Shown: positions 37,211-46,199, counted from the first letter of the stretch. The stretch is 64,000 nt of DNA from an uncultured Candidatus Peribacteria bacterium (GCA_964628805.1 CAZVOK010000004.1:20163-84162); one strand, 5' to 3'. Notes: generated by a model not told the origin, from the sequence alone. Numbers and translations are program-made.

Positions 37211-39520
37211 ATGCCTACTTCTGAACCTTCCTCACAGGCTGAACACACAAGCTTCTTTGGTTTTTTTGCACGTTACTTCGGAGGTTCAAAGCAAGCGCCG
37301 ACAGTGCAGCCGAAGCCTGTGCGCATGCAGGTGGCAGCACCTACGAAAAAGATTGTTTTGAAGAATTTGACAGTCGACTTGGCTGCCACGGAAAAAAAGC
37401 TCTCTGCGTCTGTGAAAAGGCATAAGCATCGTACGCATCGTCATAAGAAGAAGGTTCCATCTTCACGTAGTGCAGCGCCAGTGCAGGATAAGGCGCTTGT
37501 TCACTATATGCAGCGCAAGTCTGCGTACCACACGTTTGCAAAGAAGAATCCAGGTGCTGCATCTGCACCTATTGCCCCTGTGAAAAACGAAACCAAGTCC
37601 CCAGGAATGTTCGGCAGTGCCCTGAACATGCTTCCATTTTTCTCGCAGAAGCTTGATGAGACCACGCAGAAAACAGCAGAGCTTTCTGAGAAGATAGTAG
37701 ACACCGAACGCAAGACACAGGAAATGGCGAAGCGTTTGCACGAGACGGAACTGGAACTGCAGAAGAGCTTGGCAAAGCTTGCACCGAAAGTAGCTCCTCA
37801 AGAAACATCTGCATCTGCTGCTGTGGACACTGACGAACAAGGTTTGGGAAAGCTTTTAAGCGTAGATGCTGCCGAGGATAAAGAAATACATCTGGATGAT
37901 TTCCTGGATACCCCAGACGGAACCACGGGGCGTTTTGTGAAACAGAAGAAAGATGAGCCTATGGAGCGAAGCTCTAAGGTGGTGAATATTACGGGTCTCA
38001 AGAAAAAGGAAGCACAGGAATTCATTTCGCTCATCAATGAGCTTCCCCAGGATAATCCCGGTTTCTTGGCATCGCTCGCCGCTGCTATCCGCGAAATTCG
38101 TGCCGACTGGAAAGATGGAAGTCCTGCGACTGCCTCTAAGCTACAGAAAGAAGTTCCGAAAGACATCAAGGAACTTGCAGCTTTGGTGGATATGAAACTG
38201 GAGGCAAAGAAGAAAGGAATGATTCTCTCCGGTGCACCGGAAGGCGACAGTGCAGCTAAGGTTCCTTCTGCAGAATCGGTAGCCGCACTCGGCTCACTGG
38301 TGTCCTCTATGAAGAAAGAGGAAAACAAGGGAACCATCACCGGTATTCCGGATATCAAAGAAGTGAAGAAACAAAACGAAAAAAAGAAGAAGGAAGAAAT
38401 CATCATGCCGACTGTGGTAAAGAAGAAACAATCCAATAGTGCGCTGGGCGAATTCATCGGATCCATCAAGTACTTCGGAATGGGCAAGGAACGTCAGGCG
38501 TTTGTGCAGAACCTTGCGACTATGTTGAATGCAGGACTTCCATTGATTGATGCCCTCCACACGCTTCAAATGGAAACGCGTGTGAAGCCTGCGAAAAAAC
38601 TGATTCAGCGTGTCATCGACGCCGTGGAAAACGGATCGGCTCTTTGGAGAGCTATGGAGGCGCAGCACTTCTTTTCCCCTCATGCCATCGCACTTATTCG
38701 CATCGGTGAAGAAGCCGGAAACCTGGCGGAAAACATGCAGTACTTGGCCGCGCAGCAGGAAAAAGATGCTGCCCTGAAAGGGAAAGTGCGAATGGCTATG
38801 ATCTACCCGGCTATTGTGATGACACTCATGTTCATCATCGTGATGGGACTGGGAATGTTCGTGCTGCCAAACCTCATTCAGGTGCTCTTCTCCTTGAACG
38901 TGGAACTGCCGCTCGCAACCCGTCTCGTGATCATGTTCACGAATGCGTTTACGGAATACGGAGCGGTATTTATTCCGAGCATGCTTGTGGGAGTGGTGAT
39001 CCTCACAATCCTTGGAAAGTTCACGCGCTTCAAAGTAGTCGTACAGTGGGTGATCTTCCGCATTCCGGGCATTGGAAAGCTTGCGCGCATGGCTACCTTG
39101 GCACGCTTCGGTGTGATCCTCGGAGGACTCTTGCAGGCTGGAGTTCCGCTAGTGGAAGCCATTCACTCTATGGCGGAAGTGACACCTACGGTGGCTTACA
39201 AGAACTTTTACATCAAACTTCTGGATCATATTTCCGTAGGAGATTCCTTTGGAAAGAGCTTTGCCGTGATCCGCGGGAGTGAAAAAATTCTGCCGATCCA
39301 AGTGCAGCAGCTCATCATCACGGGTGAGCGCACGGGAACACTCGCCAAGATCATGTTGAAGATTGCCGATATCTACGAAAAAGAAGCGAACAGTACCGCA
39401 GAAAAACTCCCGGTGATCTTGGAACCAATGTTGCTCCTCTTCATCGGAGGACTCGTGGGAACGATTGCCTTTGCCATCATTGTGCCGATCTACAGTATTG
39501 TGGGAAATGTGGGTGGATGA
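37211..39520 (+). CDS. pilC: type IV pilus platform protein (GspF/PilC family) with an N-terminal charged extension of about 370 aa
   Basis: The C-terminal ~400 aa contain two T2SSF-type repeats with TM segments (LATMLNAGLPL..., LGGLLQAGVPL...). The N-terminal part is K/E/S-rich. Confidence 0.85.
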   Translation: MPTSEPSSQAEHTSFFGFFARYFGGSKQAPTVQPKPVRMQVAAPTKKIVLKNLTVDLAATEKKLSASVKRHKHRTHRHKKKVPSSRSAAPVQDKALVHYMQRKSAYHTFAKKNPGAASAPIAPVKNETKSPGMFGSALNMLPFFSQKLDETTQKTAELSEKIVDTERKTQEMAKRLHETELELQKSLAKLAPKVAPQETSASAAVDTDEQGLGKLLSVDAAEDKEIHLDDFLDTPDGTTGRFVKQKKDEPMERSSKVVNITGLKKKEAQEFISLINELPQDNPGFLASLAAAIREIRADWKDGSPATASKLQKEVPKDIKELAALVDMKLEAKKKGMILSGAPEGDSAAKVPSAESVAALGSLVSSMKKEENKGTITGIPDIKEVKKQNEKKKKEEIIMPTVVKKKQSNSALGEFIGSIKYFGMGKERQAFVQNLATMLNAGLPLIDALHTLQMETRVKPAKKLIQRVIDAVENGSALWRAMEAQHFFSPHAIALIRIGEEAGNLAENMQYLAAQQEKDAALKGKVRMAMIYPAIVMTLMFIIVMGLGMFVLPNLIQVLFSLNVELPLATRLVIMFTNAFTEYGAVFIPSMLVGVVILTILGKFTRFKVVVQWVIFRIPGIGKLARMATLARFGVILGGLLQAGVPLVEAIHSMAEVTPTVAYKNFYIKLLDHISVGDSFGKSFAVIRGSEKILPIQVQQLIITGERTGTLAKIMLKIADIYEKEANSTAEKLPVILEPMLLLFIGGLVGTIAFAIIVPIYSIVGNVGG

Positions 39521-39523
39521 TGT

Positions 39524-39629
39524 GGAATACTAGAGTACTGGAATACTGGAATAATGGGGGAAGTAGGAATTGTGATTAGGATTTTTGTGTTGTTTCCTAG
39601 TATTCTAGTACTCCAGTATTCCAGTACTC
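39524..39629. repeat. heptad/octad-word hairpin element (GGAATACT/GAGTACT words)
   Basis: 39533-39550 GAGTACTGGAATACTGGA is perfectly complementary to 39612-39629. The element starts 4 nt after the pilC stop. Confidence 0.75.
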
Positions 39630-39638
39630 TTTAATTAG

Positions 39639-40094
39639 ATGACAAAAAATCGCCCCGCATTTGCCCTATTAGAGCTCCTCATGATCATCGCGATCATTGG
39701 GATTATTTCCACTATCTCGGTGCCGCTGTATCGCAGCTACCAGTTACGGAGTCACCTGGAGACCGCAAAGAACCAGGTGGTACAGGGTTTACAGCGTGCC
39801 AAGCAGAATGCGCAGTCCGGGAAAAATGATGCCGTGTGGTCTTTTTATCCTTCCGCCGGTGTTCTATTCCAGGGTTCCAGCTACGCTACACATGATCCTG
39901 CAAAAGCAGAAATATATCCTATGCCTACGACCATTGAGATGACCGGGCTCACACAAGTGACGTATGACAAGAGAGGCTTTCCGGATGTGACAGGCGATAT
40001 TATTCTTCAGCAAATTGGTACTCCTCCCAATGCTGCGAGTGTGAAAATTGTTGTCGACAGGCAGAAAATCTCCGTGTTTCAAGTGAACCCGTAA
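39639..40094 (+). CDS. prepilin-like minor pilin (GspH/FimT-like) with Ala at the -1 position
   Basis: MTKNRPA|FALLELLMIIAIIGII has F+1 and E+5 of a class III signal, but A instead of G precedes the predicted cleavage site. Confidence 0.7.
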   Translation: MTKNRPAFALLELLMIIAIIGIISTISVPLYRSYQLRSHLETAKNQVVQGLQRAKQNAQSGKNDAVWSFYPSAGVLFQGSSYATHDPAKAEIYPMPTTIEMTGLTQVTYDKRGFPDVTGDIILQQIGTPPNAASVKIVVDRQKISVFQVNP

Positions 40095-40225
40095 CCATTC
40101 GGTGAATTATTTGTGAAGTCTTCCGCGTATCGTTCAAGAGCAATCGTCAAGTGATTTGTAGTGCACAGAGTCTTCCTCCAGGCGCTTTTTGCTACACTGA
40201 AGGACGCATTCCTTCCTTTTTCTTT

Positions 40226-41530
40226 ATGAAAAAACGTCCCGCATTCGCCTTGCTCGAGATGATCATGGTCATCGGCATCATCGGCATTGTGTCTACCATG
40301 TCTGTTCCTCTGTATCACAGCTACCAGATACGAAACGATCTGGCGCTGGCGAAGAACCAGATCACACAGGGTCTGCAGCGCGCGAAGCTCAATGCGCAGG
40401 CAGGGAAAAACGATGATGTGTGGTCCTTCTACACTCCTGCGGGCGTGCTGTTCCAGGGTGCAGACTACGCAAATCATGATGCAGCACAGGCAGAAACATA
40501 CCCTATGCCTTCTACCATTAAGATCTTCGGGTTGAACCAAGTGACGTACGACAGAAATGGTTCGCCGGACGTCACGGGAGATATTATTTTGAAAGCAGTG
40601 AACGGCGATGAAGATTCCATCAGCGTAAAGATCGCCATCGATGAAGATACGATCGCAACAGTTGTAGGAGATAGTCTCACTATCTGTCACCGTGACACAG
40701 TCACAGGAACAACATCTACCATTTCCATCACTGATGCCCAGTGGCCGCATCACCAAGGTCATGGCGATACATTGAACGCCTGCCCTGCTGCGTCTAGCAG
40801 TGTTGCAAGTTCTTCTGCTGTATCAAGTTCCGTGGTGTCGAGCGTTGTATCTTCTTCTAGCAGCGTGGCAGTTTCTTCCTCCAGCGTATCATCGGTCGCG
40901 TCGTCTTCCAGTGCAGGCGGAGCAGGAAGTTCTTCGTCCAGTTCTGTCACACAGCTCTGCAATTCAAAGTTCACCTTTGCTGATGGCTTCCTGACTACCA
41001 AAGCAGCCGTCTCCATCACCTTCAAGAACATGCTGTCCAAAATTACCTTTGGTCAAGGTGGTCCACAGATAGATGTGAACGCGTGCTACAACCCTGCGGG
41101 AGATTCCGTATATCGAAACCTCTACTCCAATAACGGCCAGTGCAAAACCAATGGATCCAATCATGGTGTTGCCGTGAAGCCCAATGGAACCGATACAAAG
41201 GTGGCATCGTTTGCTGCCAATAAGCAGGTGAAGCTGAAGATCCACGGCATGTACAAACAGCAGGGCTGGCTGGCCTTCGATGAGTCTTTTGAATCCAATG
41301 ACGGCAGCGGTCACATCCGTTTCATGCGCGATGGAGATAACCCTCTCACTTACATTGGCTTTGGAAATCAAGTGAGCCTCAAGAGTTGGCTCCAGAGCAA
41401 GAGCATGCTGGATGCTCAAGGCAAAGTGAACATTGGAGCCTGCGAGGTACTAGCGGTGGCAGAGCTGGGAGATCTCCATTCCTCTGCTGCGGATTTCCAG
41501 GACAATGTGATGCTGATTACGGTGCAGTAA
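40226..41530 (+). CDS. prepilin-like protein, paralog of 39639..40094, with poly-Ser linker and extra C-terminal domain
   Basis: MKKRPA|FALLEMIMVIGIIGIV. The first ~150 aa are alignable with the preceding gene. A Ser/Val-rich tract and a ~200-aa domain follow. Confidence 0.7.
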   Translation: MKKRPAFALLEMIMVIGIIGIVSTMSVPLYHSYQIRNDLALAKNQITQGLQRAKLNAQAGKNDDVWSFYTPAGVLFQGADYANHDAAQAETYPMPSTIKIFGLNQVTYDRNGSPDVTGDIILKAVNGDEDSISVKIAIDEDTIATVVGDSLTICHRDTVTGTTSTISITDAQWPHHQGHGDTLNACPAASSSVASSSAVSSSVVSSVVSSSSSVAVSSSSVSSVASSSSAGGAGSSSSSSVTQLCNSKFTFADGFLTTKAAVSITFKNMLSKITFGQGGPQIDVNACYNPAGDSVYRNLYSNNGQCKTNGSNHGVAVKPNGTDTKVASFAANKQVKLKIHGMYKQQGWLAFDESFESNDGSGHIRFMRDGDNPLTYIGFGNQVSLKSWLQSKSMLDAQGKVNIGACEVLAVAELGDLHSSAADFQDNVMLITVQ

Positions 41531-41549
41531 ATGTAAAAGATTTCCAAAT

Positions 41550-41575
41550 AGCGCGGGGCAACCCGCGCTTTTTAT
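41550..41575 (+). terminator. intrinsic terminator
   Basis: AGCGCGGG-GCAA-CCCGCGCT followed by TTTTAT. Confidence 0.8.
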
Positions 41576-41644
41576 ATTGCATTGCTTCTGCGAGCGAATA
41601 ATTTCCTCCTTATAGATCACAGGTGTTACACTGCACTCCTGCCT

Positions 41645-43387
41645 GTGAAACTCTTTTCTCCTTTGCGTCATCGGCGGGGGTTTCTGTTACTGGAAGCAAT
41701 TCTGGGCATTGCGCTGTTCGGACTCTTTTTAGGTGCGGCAGGTCTTACACTCTTGCGTGGTCAGGAAAGTACGCAAACAGCAGGCGACCGTGTGCGCGGA
41801 ACGGAATATTCTCAGCAGATGCTGGAGGCAGCACGCAGTATTCGGGACCAGAACTTTGCAGCTCTGACCGAAGGAGTACATGGAGTCCGCATCAACGGTA
41901 CTACCGGTAAATGGGAGCTCTACGGAACACAGGCGTCTTTTGGAAGCGGTTTTACCAGTACGCTCACTATCACCGCGTTGGATGCCAGCCGAGTATTGCT
42001 CTCGGCTAAAACTTCCTGGGGGCGCATTCCCAACCGTGCGCAAAGCGTGACGCTCCAGGGTATTCTCACTCACTGGTCATTTACGAAAACTGTAGGAAAC
42101 TGGAGCAGCTTGGTACTGAGTGGCAGCTACATCCACGGAACCGTTCCGCCTTTTACAGATGTTGTCACCTCGGGCACCACTGCATATGTCACCACGTCCA
42201 ACGCCACACAAGGATTGATGATTTTCAATGTGGCATCGGCACTTTCTATTTCCAATACTGCTACCGTCAATATCGGCGCCGGTGGTGTGGCAGCCACTAT
42301 TCGTGGGTACACACTGTATGTACTCACCACTCAGAGCGATGCGGAGATAAAAGCATATGACATCACTACCCCGACATCTCCGGTATTTCTTGCATCCTAT
42401 GATCTTCCCGGAAGCGGACAGGCCACAACGATTTCCGCTGAAGGAGATTACTTATATGTGGGAGCTACGGGATTATCGCAGAGAACCGTACAGGTAGCTC
42501 CTGTTCAAAACATTGCGAAGAGCCTCCCCTTTCCAGTATCGCTTTTTGGTGTTTCCAAGGCCGAAGCAAAAGCATACTGCTTGCACTTTGATGATGGCAC
42601 AGGAGAATATGACATGGGACCATGTAATTGTGCGCTATACCCTGAGGATTGCTCGGTGGACAGTTCAGAGGCTAGTTCAGAAGAAGCAGGAGCTACTCCT
42701 CCACCGTCTACAACAACAGTTACTCCTGCGCCTTCTACGCCGTCATCAAGCGTTTCCTCAGCTTCGTCCTCCAGCGGACCGTTTCCCGATGGAGATGACT
42801 TCTTCTCGTTCGATATCAGTGATCCCGCAGAAATTATTTTTTTAGATTCCGTGTACATAGGAGGAGTGAATGAATTGTTCCTCTCTGCTACCGATGCGTA
42901 CTTGGCTACTCCTTTGGATGCGACGGAGCTACGAATGGTGGATATTACCGACCCTGCAGATCTGACTTTGGCCGGAGGAGTGAATGTAACGGGTTCCACG
43001 GATGCCTTCACCGTTGCCCGGTCTGGCACTTCCACGCTCCTGGGGCTGCAGAAAAATGTGACCCAGGAAAATGCGCTCTTGGATATTCATTCCGCGTACG
43101 ACACATCTTCGTTCCGCACACCGCTCTTCTATGAATCCAGCGGAAGCACGCTTCGGGTGGCTCTGGATCCGTCCTCTTGTTATGGATTCCTTGCAACAGA
43201 CTGGAGGACACGTGCTGTGCAAATTATTAATGTGAATAGCCCAGCCCTACCGATGGTGTCTTCCTACACAGCACCGCTTGCCGGCGTATCGCTGTGGTAT
43301 GACGCAGCAAAAGATCGCTTGTACTTCATTACCAGCCGAGGCTTGTATTTGTTTACGCCCGGCGCCGGTGCCAATAACTGCTCATGA
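41645..43387 (+). CDS. prepilin-like protein fused to LVIVD-type beta-propeller-like repeats
   Basis: A GTG start gives VKLFSPLRHRRG|FLLLEAILGIALFG. Repeats of the form YVxT...GLxIFxV / IKAYDITTPTSP / LRMVDITDPADL and a Ser/Thr-Pro linker are present. Confidence 0.6.
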   Translation: MKLFSPLRHRRGFLLLEAILGIALFGLFLGAAGLTLLRGQESTQTAGDRVRGTEYSQQMLEAARSIRDQNFAALTEGVHGVRINGTTGKWELYGTQASFGSGFTSTLTITALDASRVLLSAKTSWGRIPNRAQSVTLQGILTHWSFTKTVGNWSSLVLSGSYIHGTVPPFTDVVTSGTTAYVTTSNATQGLMIFNVASALSISNTATVNIGAGGVAATIRGYTLYVLTTQSDAEIKAYDITTPTSPVFLASYDLPGSGQATTISAEGDYLYVGATGLSQRTVQVAPVQNIAKSLPFPVSLFGVSKAEAKAYCLHFDDGTGEYDMGPCNCALYPEDCSVDSSEASSEEAGATPPPSTTTVTPAPSTPSSSVSSASSSSGPFPDGDDFFSFDISDPAEIIFLDSVYIGGVNELFLSATDAYLATPLDATELRMVDITDPADLTLAGGVNVTGSTDAFTVARSGTSTLLGLQKNVTQENALLDIHSAYDTSSFRTPLFYESSGSTLRVALDPSSCYGFLATDWRTRAVQIINVNSPALPMVSSYTAPLAGVSLWYDAAKDRLYFITSRGLYLFTPGAGANNCS

Positions 43388-44172
43388 TACGTCTGTCATT
43401 TTTTCGTAGGCGTGTTGCACCATCTGTCTCTGCAGATAGGCCGGGGTACATATTCCTTATCAGCGTGCTCTTCATTGGCTCCATTTCCGTAGCCACCGTC
43501 GCATCACTTCTGCTACTTGGATGGGCTGCGGAACAGAATGGAAAGACGTTTGCGGAATCTACTCAGGCATTGGAAATGGCCAAGTCTTGCCTGGAGCTAG
43601 GTGTCCAGAACTTACGCGAAGACCTGAACTACGCGGGGGATGAGACCATTACGTTTTCCCAGTTCAATAACTGTACGCTTCTGCCTATTCAAGGAAGTGG
43701 AAATTCCGAGCGCATCATCTGTAGCGAGGGAAATGCGGGTCCCAATAAAAAGCGTATAAAAATGGTTTTGGTGGAAGTTCTTCCGGTGCCCATTGTAAGT
43801 GGATACGAGGAAATGTCGGATTCCAACGATTGCAATCCTGCAGACCCCGTGTCTAGTAGCAGTATGTCCTCAGGCAGCGGTAGTTCCATTGCTTTTTCGG
43901 GAGGCAGTAGCGGTGCATCGTCCGCCATTGCGTTTTCTTCTCCGCCTGCATCTTCGGCAGCATCCAGCAGCGTCGCTTCTTCTGCTCCTCCCGCATCGTC
44001 TTCTTCCTGTGGAAATGGAATCTTAGACCCAGGGGAAGAGTGTGACGATGGCAATACCATAGATGATGCGTGCACAAGCTCTTGTCAGGTTGCACCCGGT
44101 TGCTCCTGTACCAATGATCCCATGGGCTTCCCTGTGACTGTTTGTCAGGCATGCGCGCCTGTTATTGAATAA
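43384..44172 (+). CDS. PilX-like pilin-like protein with C-terminal Cys-rich CGNG...CDDGN module
   Basis: ATGA overlap with the previous gene, hydrophobic N-terminus RPG|YIFLISVLFIG, a poly-Ser tract, and CGNGILDPGEECDDGNTIDDACTSSC. Confidence 0.6.
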   Translation: MIRLSFFRRRVAPSVSADRPGYIFLISVLFIGSISVATVASLLLLGWAAEQNGKTFAESTQALEMAKSCLELGVQNLREDLNYAGDETITFSQFNNCTLLPIQGSGNSERIICSEGNAGPNKKRIKMVLVEVLPVPIVSGYEEMSDSNDCNPADPVSSSSMSSGSGSSIAFSGGSSGASSAIAFSSPPASSAASSSVASSAPPASSSSCGNGILDPGEECDDGNTIDDACTSSCQVAPGCSCTNDPMGFPVTVCQACAPVIE

Positions 44173-44195
44173 GCTCTCTACATGTAACTGGTTCC

Positions 44196-45350
44196 ATGCG
44201 CCCTTTCCATCCCCATTTTCGCTCCGGCGTCACCTTCATAGAGCTCCTGATGTTTGTGGCCATTATTTCCATAACAGGAGTGCTATTGCTGCCGCTCTTT
44301 TTTTCTTCTACGGAAAATCGCGTGAGGCAGGAATCCATTTCCAATGTAGAAGCCGCAGGTGCCGCCATTTTGCAATCCATCGGTTACGACATTCGCCACG
44401 CTTCCAGTGTCACCTATCCTCTGGCGGGTGCTACGAGTGGTAGTTTGATTCTTCAAACATTAGCATCCTCCACCAATCCTACTCGGTTTTTTCTAGAAAG
44501 CGGTTCGCTCATTGCGCTTCATGGAGTAGAGCGTACGGTTCTGAATCCGCCGGATGTGAAAGTGGTGGATTTTCAGGCGCGTAATACGTCCGGCACTCCT
44601 ACAAGTCAGAGCATTCTGATTTCTTTTACGCTGTCTCGCACTACTAGAATCACTAAAGAGGTTACCTATCAACAGAAGTTTGAGGCGCTGAATAATTTGT
44701 ACCCCAAAGGCGCACTTGCGAGCAGTGTTTCTAGTATTTTTTCCTCTGCGCCCGCATCTTCCGCGATGTCCTCTATTCCGATGTCTTCTTCGGCAGCGTC
44801 GTCTGCTCCGGCTTCCAGCAGTGTGCCTATCTCCTCAGCTGCTTCCAGTAGTGCAGCGGCTTCGTCTGCGCCTGCATCGTCTTCTGCCGGTTCATCTGTG
44901 GGGCCTGCTTCATCGACTGCCAGTTCTACGGCAACATCCAGCAGCGTTCCTGCGTGCGGCAATGGAAACGTGCAGCCGCTTCTGGGAGAGCAATGCGATG
45001 ATGGTGGAACTATCGGTGGAAACGGATGCAGCAGCACCTGCATGATGGAAAATAACTGTTCCTGTTGGGGCGAGCCTTCTATGTGTCAGTGCGGAGGGAG
45101 TTTTTCTGGAAATCCAACTCCTAGTTGCGGCAATGGAAACGTGCAGCCCAGCCAAAGCGAACAGTGTGATGATGGAAATACAGTAAATGGAGACGGCTGC
45201 AATAACGTGTGTATTGTGGAAAATAACTGCTCCTGTATAGGCACTCCTTCTAGCTGCTACTGCAATTATCCGTCGTCTTCATCGTCTTCTCCGGTATCTT
45301 CTTCTGCTGCATCCACCGCATCGTCATTTGGCGGTCCTATTATTGAATAA
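44196..45350 (+). CDS. prepilin-like protein with poly-Ser linker and two Cys-rich CGNG...CDDGN modules
   Basis: RSG|VTFIELLMFVAII class III signal. Two modules follow: CGNGNVQPLLGEQCDDGG...GCSSTC and CGNGNVQPSQSEQCDDGNTVNGDGCNNVC. Confidence 0.7.
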   Translation: MRPFHPHFRSGVTFIELLMFVAIISITGVLLLPLFFSSTENRVRQESISNVEAAGAAILQSIGYDIRHASSVTYPLAGATSGSLILQTLASSTNPTRFFLESGSLIALHGVERTVLNPPDVKVVDFQARNTSGTPTSQSILISFTLSRTTRITKEVTYQQKFEALNNLYPKGALASSVSSIFSSAPASSAMSSIPMSSSAASSAPASSSVPISSAASSSAAASSAPASSSAGSSVGPASSTASSTATSSSVPACGNGNVQPLLGEQCDDGGTIGGNGCSSTCMMENNCSCWGEPSMCQCGGSFSGNPTPSCGNGNVQPSQSEQCDDGNTVNGDGCNNVCIVENNCSCIGTPSSCYCNYPSSSSSSPVSSSAASTASSFGGPIIE

Positions 45351-45365
45351 CAGTTGCGCGTCTCA

Positions 45366-46001
45366 ATGCCATCTTCTTTCTCTCATCGGCCAGGTGTCAC
45401 ATTTGTAGAGCTACTGATGTTCATGGCAGTGATCGCCATTGTGGCCGGGGTAGTACTGCCACTGCTTTTTGCAGCTACAGAAAATCGTCTTCTGCAGGAA
45501 TCCATTTCTGTCGTAGAACACACAGGCACGCAGATACTGGAAAATTTTGATAAACACATTCGTCCCGCACAGCAGATTTTGGATCCCACTCCCGGCGGAC
45601 AAGGAACGGTGGTGGCAGTGCAGACGGGTTCCGATGACACCTCTCCTACTATTTTCGGACTCGCCAGCGGATCGATTATTGTGATTCGCGGTACTACGCG
45701 TACTGTCATCAGCTCTCCCCAGGTGGCAGTATCCAACTTCCGTGTGCGCAATACGTCTACTTCAGCGAACAGCCAAAGCCTGCAAATTTCTTTCACGCTC
45801 TCGCGCACTATCCGCCTGGAAGCGCCGCACATGTACTCGCAGGATTTTAAAACTCTCATTCCTTTGTACAGAAATGATGCGCCCACATCGGCGGAGTGCA
45901 CCTGTACCGTCCCCGGATGTATTGATAGTGAACATTACGCGTGGCAGGTATGCGTGAGTGGCGTGTGCCAGAATGCGACGGATGCGATGATGTGTCTTTG
46001 A
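45366..46001 (+). CDS. prepilin-like protein (paralog of the N-terminal domain of 44196..45350) with a Cys-rich tail
   Basis: HRPG|VTFVELLMFMAVIAIV. The shared segments ENRxxQESIS and ISFTLSRT match the preceding gene. Confidence 0.7.
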   Translation: MPSSFSHRPGVTFVELLMFMAVIAIVAGVVLPLLFAATENRLLQESISVVEHTGTQILENFDKHIRPAQQILDPTPGGQGTVVAVQTGSDDTSPTIFGLASGSIIVIRGTTRTVISSPQVAVSNFRVRNTSTSANSQSLQISFTLSRTIRLEAPHMYSQDFKTLIPLYRNDAPTSAECTCTVPGCIDSEHYAWQVCVSGVCQNATDAMMCL

Positions 46002-46099
46002 GAATTGAGAATTGAGAATTGAGTTTAGTTTGGTTCACATTTTCTGATTATTTTCAATTGTGGGGTACTCAGATCTCATATCTCACGTCTCAAGTCTCC
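46000..46099. repeat. heptad-word element (GAGAATT x3 ... TCTCACGTCTCAAGTCTC)
   Basis: GAGAATTGAGAATTGAGAATTGAG lies at 46000-46023. The 18-mer at 46081-46098 is identical to 7527-7544. Confidence 0.7.
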
Positions 46100-46199
46100 C
46101 GTTCGTCAAGAGAAACGGGGCTTCCACTCTGCAAATCCTTGTTATACTGCATTCCGCTTTCGTGGACGTGTTCCACTTCCCTTCTTTCCTCATTTCTTT

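Noticed and set aside
40759-45043. Minus-strand ORFs rich in Asp/Glu/Ala/Leu opposite the pilin genes (for example 40759..41040, 43689..44075, 44669..45043)
   Set aside because: They are antisense artefacts of the poly-Ser/Ala coding tracts (TCN/GCN repeats read on the other strand).
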